A DNA stretch of 63,606 nt from the NCBI GenBank assembly GCA_963824995.1, contig CAWGRK010000003.1, positions 62,001-125,606 on the forward strand, in the 5' to 3' direction. Position numbers and translations under genes: made by a program. Positions 28,558-37,258 of this stretch are shown piece by piece. This DNA is from an uncultured Actinomycetes bacterium (lineage in GTDB: Bacteria; Actinomycetota; Acidimicrobiia; Spongiisociales; DATADW01). Each line of letters begins with the position of its first letter. Position 1 is the stretch's first letter. Below the pieces are notes generated by a model, which saw only the letters and a list, made by a program, of their open reading frames with translations, was not told the origin of the DNA and ran no database searches.

Positions 28558-29916
28558 TCAGCTCGGTTGGGCGACGGGAAGCACGATCCGGAAGGTGGTG
28601 CCGCCGGGGCTGGTCGAGAAGTCGACTGAGCCGTGATGCTCGACCACGATCGCCTTCACGGACGGGAGGCCGAGACCGGTCCCCTTGTCCAACTGCTTGG
28701 TGGTGAAGAAGTCGTCGAAGATCTGCGGCTGGACCTCCTCCGGGATTCCCGGACCGGTGTCAACCACCTCGACCGTCACCTCTCCATCGGCGGCGACCGT
28801 CCGCAGTGTGAGCGTCCCGGTCCCATCCATGGCATCTACCGCGTTGGAGACGAGGTTCGTCCATACCTGATTGAGCTTGCCACCGAAGGCCTCGATTCGG
28901 GGAAGGTCGGGGTCGAAGTCGCGGACGACCTCGATGTGGTCGAGACGGCCCCCGAGTATGAGCAACGTGTCTTCCAGACCCCGGTGCACCTCGTAGTCCG
29001 GGATGAGCGCCCGGCCCTCGTGGGCGTAGCGTCTCACCGCCCCGACGACCTCTGAAACCCGCTCGGCGGTCAGCGCCAACTCGCCGGCCAGCCCCCTCAC
29101 CTCCACGTCGGCGGACAACGCCGTCACCACTACCTGCAGCCTTTCGCCGGGCACGGCCGCCTCCACCGCATCGAGGTCGATCAACTGGATCCCGCCACCG
29201 ACGAGCGAGTCGGACAGAGCGGATGGTCGGGGGAAGCCTCGCTCGCCGAGCCATGACCGGATGAGCTGCTCGCTGCGCGACCGCTCCAAACCCACCGCAG
29301 CCGGGCGGACCTCGACCTGCTCCAAATAGGTGACCTCTTCGGGCTCGAGCGGTGCAACCGCCTGTCGCCAGCGGGGGACAGCCTGGTCCAGATAGGCGGC
29401 GGCACGCCGCGCCGCCGCCGCCGGGTTGTTCAGATTGTGGAGCAGCAGAGCTGTCGTCTCGCCGAGCAGTTTCATGTGTTGCGATTGCCTCAGCGCCAGT
29501 TCGGTCGAGCGGAGCCGTCCGGTCACGGTCCGAACCATCGACAATGCGGCTGCCGGGTTGTTGAGAAGCTTCTCGATCGCGGCGCCGGGGACTTCGACTA
29601 CCTGACTGGGAACGACCGCGGTCACCGTGGCGTTGCGTGGCGCCCTCTCCAGCATCGCCATCTCGCCAACCACCTCACCGGGGTCGACACTGCCAAGGGG
29701 AAGCTTCCCTCCCTGGGTGAGTCGGGTGACGTCGAAGCCCCCCTCGAGAACCACATAGAGGGCATCGCTGTTGCTGCCCTCGACGATCAGATCGTCCCCG
29801 GCTTCGATGTTCTTCGTCTTGGCGCTGTGGGTCAGCTCGTCGAGCTCTGCCTCGTCGAGTCCCTGGAACATCGCCGCTGCGGCGAGGCGCTGGCGAACGT
29901 CCGGAGCGTCGCTCAC
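28558..29916 (-). CDS. Cyclic nucleotide-binding sensor histidine kinase
   Basis: cNMP domain (GEMAML..PRNATV), H-box HNLNNP, NQVWTNL..NA, DTGPG, FFTTK..GTGLGL. Confidence 0.9.
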   Translation of the reverse strand: MSDAPDVRQRLAAAAMFQGLDEAELDELTHSAKTKNIEAGDDLIVEGSNSDALYVVLEGGFDVTRLTQGGKLPLGSVDPGEVVGEMAMLERAPRNATVTAVVPSQVVEVPGAAIEKLLNNPAAALSMVRTVTGRLRSTELALRQSQHMKLLGETTALLLHNLNNPAAAARRAAAYLDQAVPRWRQAVAPLEPEEVTYLEQVEVRPAAVGLERSRSEQLIRSWLGERGFPRPSALSDSLVGGGIQLIDLDAVEAAVPGERLQVVVTALSADVEVRGLAGELALTAERVSEVVGAVRRYAHEGRALIPDYEVHRGLEDTLLILGGRLDHIEVVRDFDPDLPRIEAFGGKLNQVWTNLVSNAVDAMDGTGTLTLRTVAADGEVTVEVVDTGPGIPEEVQPQIFDDFFTTKQLDKGTGLGLPSVKAIVVEHHGSVDFSTSPGGTTFRIVLPVAQPS

Positions 29917-31568
29917 GGGCCGGCGAGATGCTCGTGGACCATCCGCACCGACATCGCCCCCTCACCGACCGCCGAGGCGACCCGCTTGATCGAACCGTGG
30001 CGCACGTCACCCGCGACGAACACACCAGGCACGCTCGACTCGAGGCCCAGGGGCTGCCGGGACAGGGTCCAGCCGGTGGGACGCGTCCCGCAGTCGGCGC
30101 CGGTGAGGATGAAGTCGGCCGAGTCCCGCATCGCCTGGCCGTCGAGCCAGTCGGTGCGAGGTGCCTGCCCGATGAATATGAACAGTGCCGCCGCCTGAAT
30201 CGTCTCGGCATCTCCGCCGCCTACCGGTTGGATATCGACTGCGTCGAGCCGATTTTCACCGTGTACCGCCGTCACCGCGACCTCGGTGCGTACCGAGACG
30301 TTGGGGATCTTCCCGAGCTCGTCGACCAGGTACTGCGACATCGACTCCTCGAGAGTCGGGGTGCGTACCAGGATGGTGACTGTCTTGGCAAAACCGGCGA
30401 GATAGACCGCCGCCTGACCCGCCGAGTTGCCCCCGCCGAGGATCAGCATGTCCTCGTCCCGGTGGGTGGTCGCTTCGACCTGTGACGCTCCGTAATAGAC
30501 GCCGGCACCAGTGAGCGCCTCGCACCCCGGCACATCGAGCTTGCGGTATGAGACGCCGGTGGCGACCACCACCGCCCGGGAGGTGAGCTCTCGACCGTCG
30601 GTCAGCACCAGCGTCTTGAACGGGCCCTCGATCTTCATCGAGTCGACCTCGACCCCGACCCACAGCTCGGCTCCGAACCGGCGAGCCTGGGTGACGGCTC
30701 GTCTGGCAAGGTCCGAGCCGCTCAGACCGGTCGGGAACCCGAGGTAGTTCTCGATCCTGGCGCTCTGACCGGCCTGCCCTCCCGGTGCCTCGCGCTCCAG
30801 GAGCAGCGTGGACAGCCCTTCGGAAGCCCCATAGACAGCAGCCGCCAGCCCGGCGGGGCCGCCGCCCACGATGACCAGGTCGTACGAGGGCCGTGTCGGC
30901 TCGCCTGCCAGACCGAGTTGGGCGGCGAGCTCGGCTGTTGTCGGCTGGACCTGATTCGTACCGTCCGCGTAGAGCATCACCGGGAGCTTCGCCGGATCAA
31001 GGTCGGCCGCGGTAAGCAATCGACTCGCGCCAGGATCGCTGTCGACGTCGACCGCAGAGAACGGCACCTGGTTGCGGATGAGGAATGCCTGGAGGTCGTG
31101 GAAGTGGCGCGACCAGCGGGCGCCGACGATGCGGATGCCCTCGTAGGCCATAACGTAGGCACCCTCCCACCTCTCCAACAGATCGTCGAGCGTTGGGTAG
31201 AGCCGCTCCTCGGGCGGGTCCCACGGCTTGAGGATGTAATACTCGACGCCGGCCTTGTTGATGGCGGCGATGGCGGCATCGGTGTCGCTGTATGCGGTGA
31301 GCAGAGCGCGTCTTGCTTCCGGGTAAATCTCGCGGGACTGCTCGAGCAGTTCGACACCGGTCACGTCCGGCATCCGCTGATCGGCGAGGATCAATGCAAC
31401 GCGGTCACCCTGGAGTTGAAGTTGCCGCAACCCCTCCAGGGCCTCCCTCCCCCCCGGGAAGTCGACCACGTTGTATTCCTCGCTGTACCTGCTGCGCAGA
31501 TCGCGCGCCACCGCACTGAGCACGATTGGCTCGTCATCGACGGTCACCAGATAGGGAAGTTCCGCCAC
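29913..31568 (-). CDS. Receiver domain-fused thioredoxin reductase-like flavoprotein
   Basis: REC domain (VDDE, DQRMP, LTAY, KPW); GGGPAGL, IENYLGFP, GGGNSAGQ, AGDVR. Confidence 0.9.
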   Translation of the reverse strand: MAELPYLVTVDDEPIVLSAVARDLRSRYSEEYNVVDFPGGREALEGLRQLQLQGDRVALILADQRMPDVTGVELLEQSREIYPEARRALLTAYSDTDAAIAAINKAGVEYYILKPWDPPEERLYPTLDDLLERWEGAYVMAYEGIRIVGARWSRHFHDLQAFLIRNQVPFSAVDVDSDPGASRLLTAADLDPAKLPVMLYADGTNQVQPTTAELAAQLGLAGEPTRPSYDLVIVGGGPAGLAAAVYGASEGLSTLLLEREAPGGQAGQSARIENYLGFPTGLSGSDLARRAVTQARRFGAELWVGVEVDSMKIEGPFKTLVLTDGRELTSRAVVVATGVSYRKLDVPGCEALTGAGVYYGASQVEATTHRDEDMLILGGGNSAGQAAVYLAGFAKTVTILVRTPTLEESMSQYLVDELGKIPNVSVRTEVAVTAVHGENRLDAVDIQPVGGGDAETIQAAALFIFIGQAPRTDWLDGQAMRDSADFILTGADCGTRPTGWTLSRQPLGLESSVPGVFVAGDVRHGSIKRVASAVGEGAMSVRMVHEHLAGP

Positions 31569-31702
31569 GCTCCACCCCGGCCTCTCGGGCCACTCTCTCT
31601 ACCAACCCATCATCCCCTGGGGATAGATGCTACCTGCACCCTCCGTGTCGGGGACCGGGGAGGCAGCGACCGGTACCAGAGGCGTGGCCCCCGATCGACT
31701 TG

Positions 31703-33298
31703 CTACTGACCGCGGCGGCGGTAGAGCACCACACCGCCGGCGACCAGCCCGCCGATGGCGGTTGCACCGAGAAGACCCAGGGCAACGGCGCCAAATCCAC
31801 CACCGGCGGGAGGTTGGGTGGTCGGCGGGGCGGTGAGTGTTGTCGGCGGGGTGGATGTGGTGGTTGTCGGCTTTTCGCTGGTGGTCGTCCGGTCGGGCCT
31901 AGTGGTGGTGGTCGATGGGGTGGTTGTGGATGTGGCGACCGTCGTCGGGACGACATCGACCACTGTCGTGGAGGGCGCTGTAGTCGTCGTCGTGACCACC
32001 AGGCTCGTGGTGGTCGGCCCAGAGCTCGTCGTGGTCGGAGGACGGGTCGTCGTAGTGCGGGGTCGGGTGGTCGTCGTGGTGGGAGGTCTGGTGGTCGTCG
32101 TGGGTGGACGCGTAGTGGTCGTAGGAGGACGTGTCGTCGTGGTTGGCGGACGTGTCGTCGTGGTTGGCGGAGGCGTCGTCGTTGTCGGGGGCTCGGTGGT
32201 GGGGGGAGGCTCCGTGGTCGTGGTCGGAGGCTCAGTCGTCGTGGTGGTCGGAGGCTCCGTGGTCGTGGTCGGAGGCTCGGTCGTCGTGGTGGGCACAGTT
32301 GTCGTTACCGGCGGCACGGTGGTCGGCGGTGGCTGGCCGCACACCCACGCTGCAGTGGAGTCGACCACGATCTCGGTACCAGCGCGCAGCGCCAGCGAAA
32401 CGGTCGCATCCGGTGCCGGGGCGAGGAACCACCACGATTCGCCCTGTGAGGCGACTCCGTCGACGGTCCCTGCTCCGCTGAGTCGCATCGACAACCCGGC
32501 AGGCGCCCCATTGACCACTCGCCACCATCGTTCGATGGCTCCTTCCGTGGCGCAGGCCGACTCGAGTGTGGTTTCGCCGGTGGCCGGGTCGGGGCAGTCA
32601 ACCGGCTCGGCCCGTGCGATCACCTCTCCCCCTACCACCAGCCGGACGGCACCAGATGGGAGATACCAGACGGAATCACCGCTCGCCGTCCCGGTCACCG
32701 AACCACCAGGTGTCTCCAGCGTGGCCACGGCGGCTCGGTCTCCGGCCCGGAGGGTCCATGCCGAAACATCGCCGCCGAGACGACACCCCTGGACGATCGT
32801 GGGCAACGGAGGATCGCCGGCCTGGCAAACCGGGCCGGCCTCGTCGATGGTTGCCACGGTCGATCCCCCGAAGATCAAGCTTGCCGGGTTTGGCCCATCT
32901 CCAGCCGGCGCCAACAGCCACGTAGTTCCAGGGACCGCACTGAAGGTGATCGGGTCGCCCACGCTCGGTACAAGGGTCACCTGGACCGGCACCTCGTTGG
33001 AGCTGACCACTTCCCAGGCCCGCCATCCGGGCCCCCAAGCCTCGGGTGTGCACGCGGCCACCAGCCCGGGTGCACCAAGCTCGGGCAACTCGATGTCCGC
33101 CGGGGCGTCAGCCGAGAACCCCATCGCCGCCACAGGGCCAGAGGCTCGTGCCACGCTCTTGGTGGGGGTGACAGCCGTGGTTGTCGAAGCCGTCGCTTCA
33201 GCAGTTGCGGTGGCGGAACTGGAATCTCGGGGGGTGGCCGCGGTGGCACAGGCGGCGAGAAGCAGCCCGAAGATCACCACCGATGACCGACCCCGCAT
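31703..33298 (-). CDS. Surface lipoprotein with three Cys-bounded repeats, Pro/Thr stalk and C-terminal TM anchor
   Basis: Lipobox LAAC; (E/R)PPTTTT repeats; hydrophobic tail followed by RRR. Confidence 0.75.
   Translation of the reverse strand: MRGRSSVVIFGLLLAACATAATPRDSSSATATAEATASTTTAVTPTKSVARASGPVAAMGFSADAPADIELPELGAPGLVAACTPEAWGPGWRAWEVVSSNEVPVQVTLVPSVGDPITFSAVPGTTWLLAPAGDGPNPASLIFGGSTVATIDEAGPVCQAGDPPLPTIVQGCRLGGDVSAWTLRAGDRAAVATLETPGGSVTGTASGDSVWYLPSGAVRLVVGGEVIARAEPVDCPDPATGETTLESACATEGAIERWWRVVNGAPAGLSMRLSGAGTVDGVASQGESWWFLAPAPDATVSLALRAGTEIVVDSTAAWVCGQPPPTTVPPVTTTVPTTTTEPPTTTTEPPTTTTTEPPTTTTEPPPTTEPPTTTTPPPTTTTRPPTTTTRPPTTTTRPPTTTTRPPTTTTTRPRTTTTRPPTTTSSGPTTTSLVVTTTTTAPSTTVVDVVPTTVATSTTTPSTTTTRPDRTTTSEKPTTTTSTPPTTLTAPPTTQPPAGGGFGAVALGLLGATAIGGLVAGGVVLYRRRGQ
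31800..32335 (-). repeat. Low-complexity PPTTTT coding repeats
   Basis: Repeated gtggtcgtcgt/ggaggct units. Confidence 0.8.
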
Positions 33299-33366
33299 TC
33301 ATCCACCTCCACCACTGTGCCACTGACGCGTGGGGATGAGACGCCCCCAGCGGCACTTCAGTTCCG

Positions 33367-34059
33367 CTAGACCGTCTCTTGGCGCCCCGGTCGGCCCCCG
33401 AGCCGCTGACCCACCCAATCCCGCCAGCGATCCATCAACTCGGCGACCGGGTCGGCGGCGGTCGGGTCGGAACGGAGCCCCGGCCCTACCGACACCCGGA
33501 CGGCTCCTCTCCTCAGCTTGTTGTCGATCCCCATCACGCGATCGGTCCCCTCGATGGCGACCGGGACCAGCGGCACCTCGGCTCGGTGAGCGAGCCAGGC
33601 CGCTCCACGCTTGAGCGGCTCGTCTCCCCAGCGCATCGTCCGACGCCCCTCGGGGAAAAGCCCGACCGGCTCGCCAGAATCCAAGGCGCGGAGCGCGGCC
33701 CTCACCGCCGCCACCTGCCGGCCCGTTCTGGATACCGGAATGGTCCCGTAGATCGAACACGCCCAGGCGAGGAAGCGGTTGGCAGTCGACAGCTCGTCGA
33801 GTGCCAGGAAGATGAGGGGACGCCGCAGAACGGTCCCGATCAGGGGCGGATCGAGCTGAGAGAAGTGGTTCGACGCGAAGACATACGGGGCGGCGGGGAA
33901 CCCCTCGTCGATCTCAGCCTCCAATCGCAACGCCACCTTGCCGAGGACGGTGAAGGTCGGCCAGGCCACCTTCCAAGTCAGCTTCCCGGACCGAGGAATG
34001 GAGGGCACGAAACCACCAGCGGTCGGCGCCATTCCGCTGCGAAGCATCCGTCCGCTCAA
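33367..34059 (-). CDS. 1-acyl-sn-glycerol-3-phosphate acyltransferase family
   Basis: NHFSQLD (HxxxxD) and FPEG motifs. Confidence 0.9.
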   Translation of the reverse strand: MSGRMLRSGMAPTAGGFVPSIPRSGKLTWKVAWPTFTVLGKVALRLEAEIDEGFPAAPYVFASNHFSQLDPPLIGTVLRRPLIFLALDELSTANRFLAWACSIYGTIPVSRTGRQVAAVRAALRALDSGEPVGLFPEGRRTMRWGDEPLKRGAAWLAHRAEVPLVPVAIEGTDRVMGIDNKLRRGAVRVSVGPGLRSDPTAADPVAELMDRWRDWVGQRLGGRPGRQETV

Positions 34060-35129
34060 CGCATCGCCAGATCCGTGAAGAGCGCGGCGAGCACCAAGGT
34101 GGGCCGTTGATTGGCGCGTAGTTCGACCGCGGCGTCGAGCACCCGCTCGGCCGAGGCCACCGCCACACCCGGCGGTACCTCGGTGAGGTCGGTGAGCTCC
34201 AGATCGCGGTTGCGGGGCGTAGCGCCGAACTGAACTGCTGCTGCGTCCAGGTACCAGGAGGCCAGGATCTCGACGCCCGATACGAGCAGTTCCCGCCGCG
34301 CTCTGTGGGTGTCACGCTCCCGCTTCTCCTTGGTGGCATGCCCTTCGACTTCGAGGGCGTGTTCCTCCACGCCGGCGAGCAATGGGTCGAGCCCGTCAAG
34401 AAGCTCCTCTGCGAGAACGAAGGAGTCGCCCGGCCGCACCGAGACCTTGCCAGGGACGGCCAGCCAGGCGCGGCGGAACGATGCGACTTCCGGCCGGGTC
34501 GCCAGGCCGAGCGCCAGCCCCGGCCGGCCCGCCCCGAGGCGCGCCGCCTCGGTCGCCTGTTCGGTGTCTACCCCGGCCCGCTCCAGGGCAGCGACCACCT
34601 CGGCTTCGTCCACCCGCCCGAAGTGAATGATCCGGCAGCGGGAGGCGAGGGTCGCCGGGAGGTCCTCCTCGGAGTCGGCCACGAGGACGAACGCTGTGGT
34701 GGCGCTGGGCTCCTCGAGCGTCTTGAGCAGGGCGTTCGCCGCACCCTCGCTCATCACCCCCGCCTCGTCGAACACGAAGATCTTCCGGGTGGATTCGACG
34801 GGCGCCAGAGTGGCCTTGGCCATGGTGATGCGCGCCTGGCCCACGGTGAGCATGGTCCTGCCCTCGGGCTCGACGATGTTCACATCGGGGTGGTTCCCCG
34901 AGGCCGCCCGACGGCACGATGAGCACTCACCATCGTGGACTCCACCGGTGGGGCAGACCAACAGGGCGGCGAAGGCACGGGCAATGGTCCCCTTGCCGAT
35001 ACCTTCAGGACCGACGAAGAGATAGGCATGTGCCGGCGTAGCAGGTTCCGATGAGAGCATCGCCAGTGTGCGCCGGTGACCGACGACCGAGTCGAAGGGG
35101 TGGGCGGTCACCAACTCGCCGGTTGTCAT
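34056..35129 (-). CDS. holB: DNA polymerase III delta' subunit
   Basis: HAYLFVGPEGIGK, zinc module, HPDV, ANALLKTLEEP, TLASRC; adjacent to tmk. Confidence 0.92.
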   Translation of the reverse strand: MTTGELVTAHPFDSVVGHRRTLAMLSSEPATPAHAYLFVGPEGIGKGTIARAFAALLVCPTGGVHDGECSSCRRAASGNHPDVNIVEPEGRTMLTVGQARITMAKATLAPVESTRKIFVFDEAGVMSEGAANALLKTLEEPSATTAFVLVADSEEDLPATLASRCRIIHFGRVDEAEVVAALERAGVDTEQATEAARLGAGRPGLALGLATRPEVASFRRAWLAVPGKVSVRPGDSFVLAEELLDGLDPLLAGVEEHALEVEGHATKEKRERDTHRARRELLVSGVEILASWYLDAAAVQFGATPRNRDLELTDLTEVPPGVAVASAERVLDAAVELRANQRPTLVLAALFTDLAMR

Positions 35130-35797
35130 TGGACCCTCATCCCCGGCTCGATGACATCTCCGATCGCGCCAAGCACACTCTCCACGACTATGTCCAGCGG
35201 AAGGAGGGCATCGATGACGATGAAGCGCTCCGGCTCGGAGGCGGCAAGCGAATCGTATGTGCTCGCTACCCGAGTGAGGAACTCGGCCGGCTCGGCCCCG
35301 ATGCGATCAGCGATCTCTTGGCGGTTTGAGCCGGTGCTCGGATCGACACTGAGCAGCACCACATGGTCGGGCCAGATGCCTCCGAGGCCCTGCTGGTTGA
35401 CGATCCGCACCTTCTCCACCCCCAACTCGCGCCCACCACCCTGATAGGCGAGCGACGAGTAGACCGACCTGTCGGCGATCACCATCGAACCATCTCGGAG
35501 AGCCGGCCGGATGACCTCGGCCGCTAGCTGGGCGCGCTGGGCGGCAAAGAGCAGTGCTTCGGTCCAAGGCTCCAGAGCGCCGCCGTGGAGGAGGACCCGG
35601 CGGATCGATTCTCCCGCGTCGGTGGACCCCGGCTCGCGGACCTCCACCACTTGGGTGCCGATCGCCAGCATCGCCTCGGCCACCCGCTTCGCCACAGTGG
35701 ACTTGCCGGCGCCCTCGATCCCCTCGAAGACGACATACCTCCCACTGCTTCCCGGCTCGGCATCGCCCGAGCCGGCCCCGGTCACGACGGCCATCAA
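35126..35797 (-). CDS. tmk: Thymidylate kinase
   Basis: FEGIEGAGKST, REPG, DRSVYSSLAYQG. Confidence 0.95.
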   Translation of the reverse strand: MMAVVTGAGSGDAEPGSSGRYVVFEGIEGAGKSTVAKRVAEAMLAIGTQVVEVREPGSTDAGESIRRVLLHGGALEPWTEALLFAAQRAQLAAEVIRPALRDGSMVIADRSVYSSLAYQGGGRELGVEKVRIVNQQGLGGIWPDHVVLLSVDPSTGSNRQEIADRIGAEPAEFLTRVASTYDSLAASEPERFIVIDALLPLDIVVESVLGAIGDVIEPGMRVQ

Positions 35798-37182
35798 GTG
35801 TCGTCCGGGCTGCGGCGCCTGCCCCTGATCGAGGTGAAGGCGTCACCGGCTTCGCGCAGCGCCCGGTAGCCCAACTCGGTGAGCTTGGGACGGTGCAGGG
35901 TCATCCTCACTCCCCACAGGGTGGCAGCGCCGGCGGCGAAGACGATGATGCCACCGGCGAGCAGGGTCAGCCGAAGCCCGCTGTCGAACGGCGTCGGGAA
36001 CAGGTCGTCGAGCAGTGGAACGACCAAACCGGCCAAGGTGACCGAGGCGAGGAGTGAGGTCCGGACGACCGTGTAGAGCGCGGCGAAGGTGCGGCCCCTC
36101 AGCTCGTTGTCGACCTCCTCGTGGAGATAGGTGAAGCCCATCACGTAGGAGCCTCCGGCGCCCAATCCCCCGACGAAGAGCCAACCGGCTGCCGGGATCA
36201 CACTCGAGGTGGTTGCCGAAACGGTGATTGCCACACCGGTGGCCATCAGGCTGGTGGCGAAGAGCACCTCGCGTCTACCCCGAAGCGTTCCCCCGATAGC
36301 TAGCGCCAGCATCCCAAGGCCGACGCCGCACCCCAGGGCGGTGATGAGTACGCCGAACCCGGCACGACCCCCGCCCAGGAGGTCGATGGAGAATCGCTGA
36401 CCGAGCACGAAGAACGCCCCGGCACCGAAGAGTGCCGCGGCCATACCCAAAATGATCCCGCGCACGGTGGGGTGGGCGGCGACAAAACGGACGCCCTCCA
36501 TGAAGTCGCGCAGCGGTGCCCGGAGGTCGACGCGGCGCGTTGCCGTCAGTTGTTGCCCCACCACCGGGCCTGGACGGGGGATGGTGGCGATCAGCGCCGC
36601 TGAAGCGAGAAACGTGAGCGAGTCGACACCAAAGGCGAGGGCCACTTCGGTGTCGATCGGACCGAAGGCGCTGAAGACGCCCCCCGCCTTGGCCAGCAGG
36701 GCGAAGCCGAGCGCGCCCACCGGGAGCATGCCGTAGGCGGCCACCAGGGTCAGGCTGTTGGCGGCCACCATCCCGCCCTCGGGCACGAGATTGGGCACCC
36801 ATGCCTCGCGCGATGGCTGCCACAAGAGGGTGAGGGCCTCCAACACGAACGAGACAGCGAATAGTTGCCAGAGGTTGGTGACGAATATCAGCGACAGCAC
36901 CAGGACGGCGCGCGCCACATCGCTGACGATCATCACCTTCCTTCGGTCGAAGCGATCGGCGATCACCCCGGCGAACCCGCCAAATAGGCCGGGAATGAGG
37001 CGCGCCAGCAACGGAACGAGCACCCCTCTCACCCCGCCGATCGAGTCGGCGAGGGCGATGGTGGCGAAAAGGGCCACCCAGTCACCGAAGCTGGAGAGGA
37101 GCCCGGCATACCAAAGCCGTGCAAAGGGCCCCCGACGCAGCAGGGCGAACGACGAGGAAATTGGTCCCCCGGCCGCGGTCAT
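35794..37182 (-). CDS. MFS transporter (tmk-associated)
   Basis: ADRFDRRKVMIVSD motif; probable ATG at 37182. Confidence 0.85.
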   Translation of the reverse strand: MTAAGGPISSSFALLRRGPFARLWYAGLLSSFGDWVALFATIALADSIGGVRGVLVPLLARLIPGLFGGFAGVIADRFDRRKVMIVSDVARAVLVLSLIFVTNLWQLFAVSFVLEALTLLWQPSREAWVPNLVPEGGMVAANSLTLVAAYGMLPVGALGFALLAKAGGVFSAFGPIDTEVALAFGVDSLTFLASAALIATIPRPGPVVGQQLTATRRVDLRAPLRDFMEGVRFVAAHPTVRGIILGMAAALFGAGAFFVLGQRFSIDLLGGGRAGFGVLITALGCGVGLGMLALAIGGTLRGRREVLFATSLMATGVAITVSATTSSVIPAAGWLFVGGLGAGGSYVMGFTYLHEEVDNELRGRTFAALYTVVRTSLLASVTLAGLVVPLLDDLFPTPFDSGLRLTLLAGGIIVFAAGAATLWGVRMTLHRPKLTELGYRALREAGDAFTSIRGRRRSPDDT

Positions 37183-37258
37183 TGGGGAGAGGCTACCGGG
37201 CGCCGGCTGATCAGCAGTACAAGACAGCGGGTGACTGCCGTCTAACTTGTGGCGCCGG

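Noticed and set aside
31990..32330. Possible CRISPR-like array
   Set aside because: Degenerate in-frame coding repeats with no unique spacers and no cas genes.
31755..33326. 523-aa Val/Gly-rich ORF on the + strand
   Set aside because: Antisense shadow of the PPTTTT-rich surface protein.
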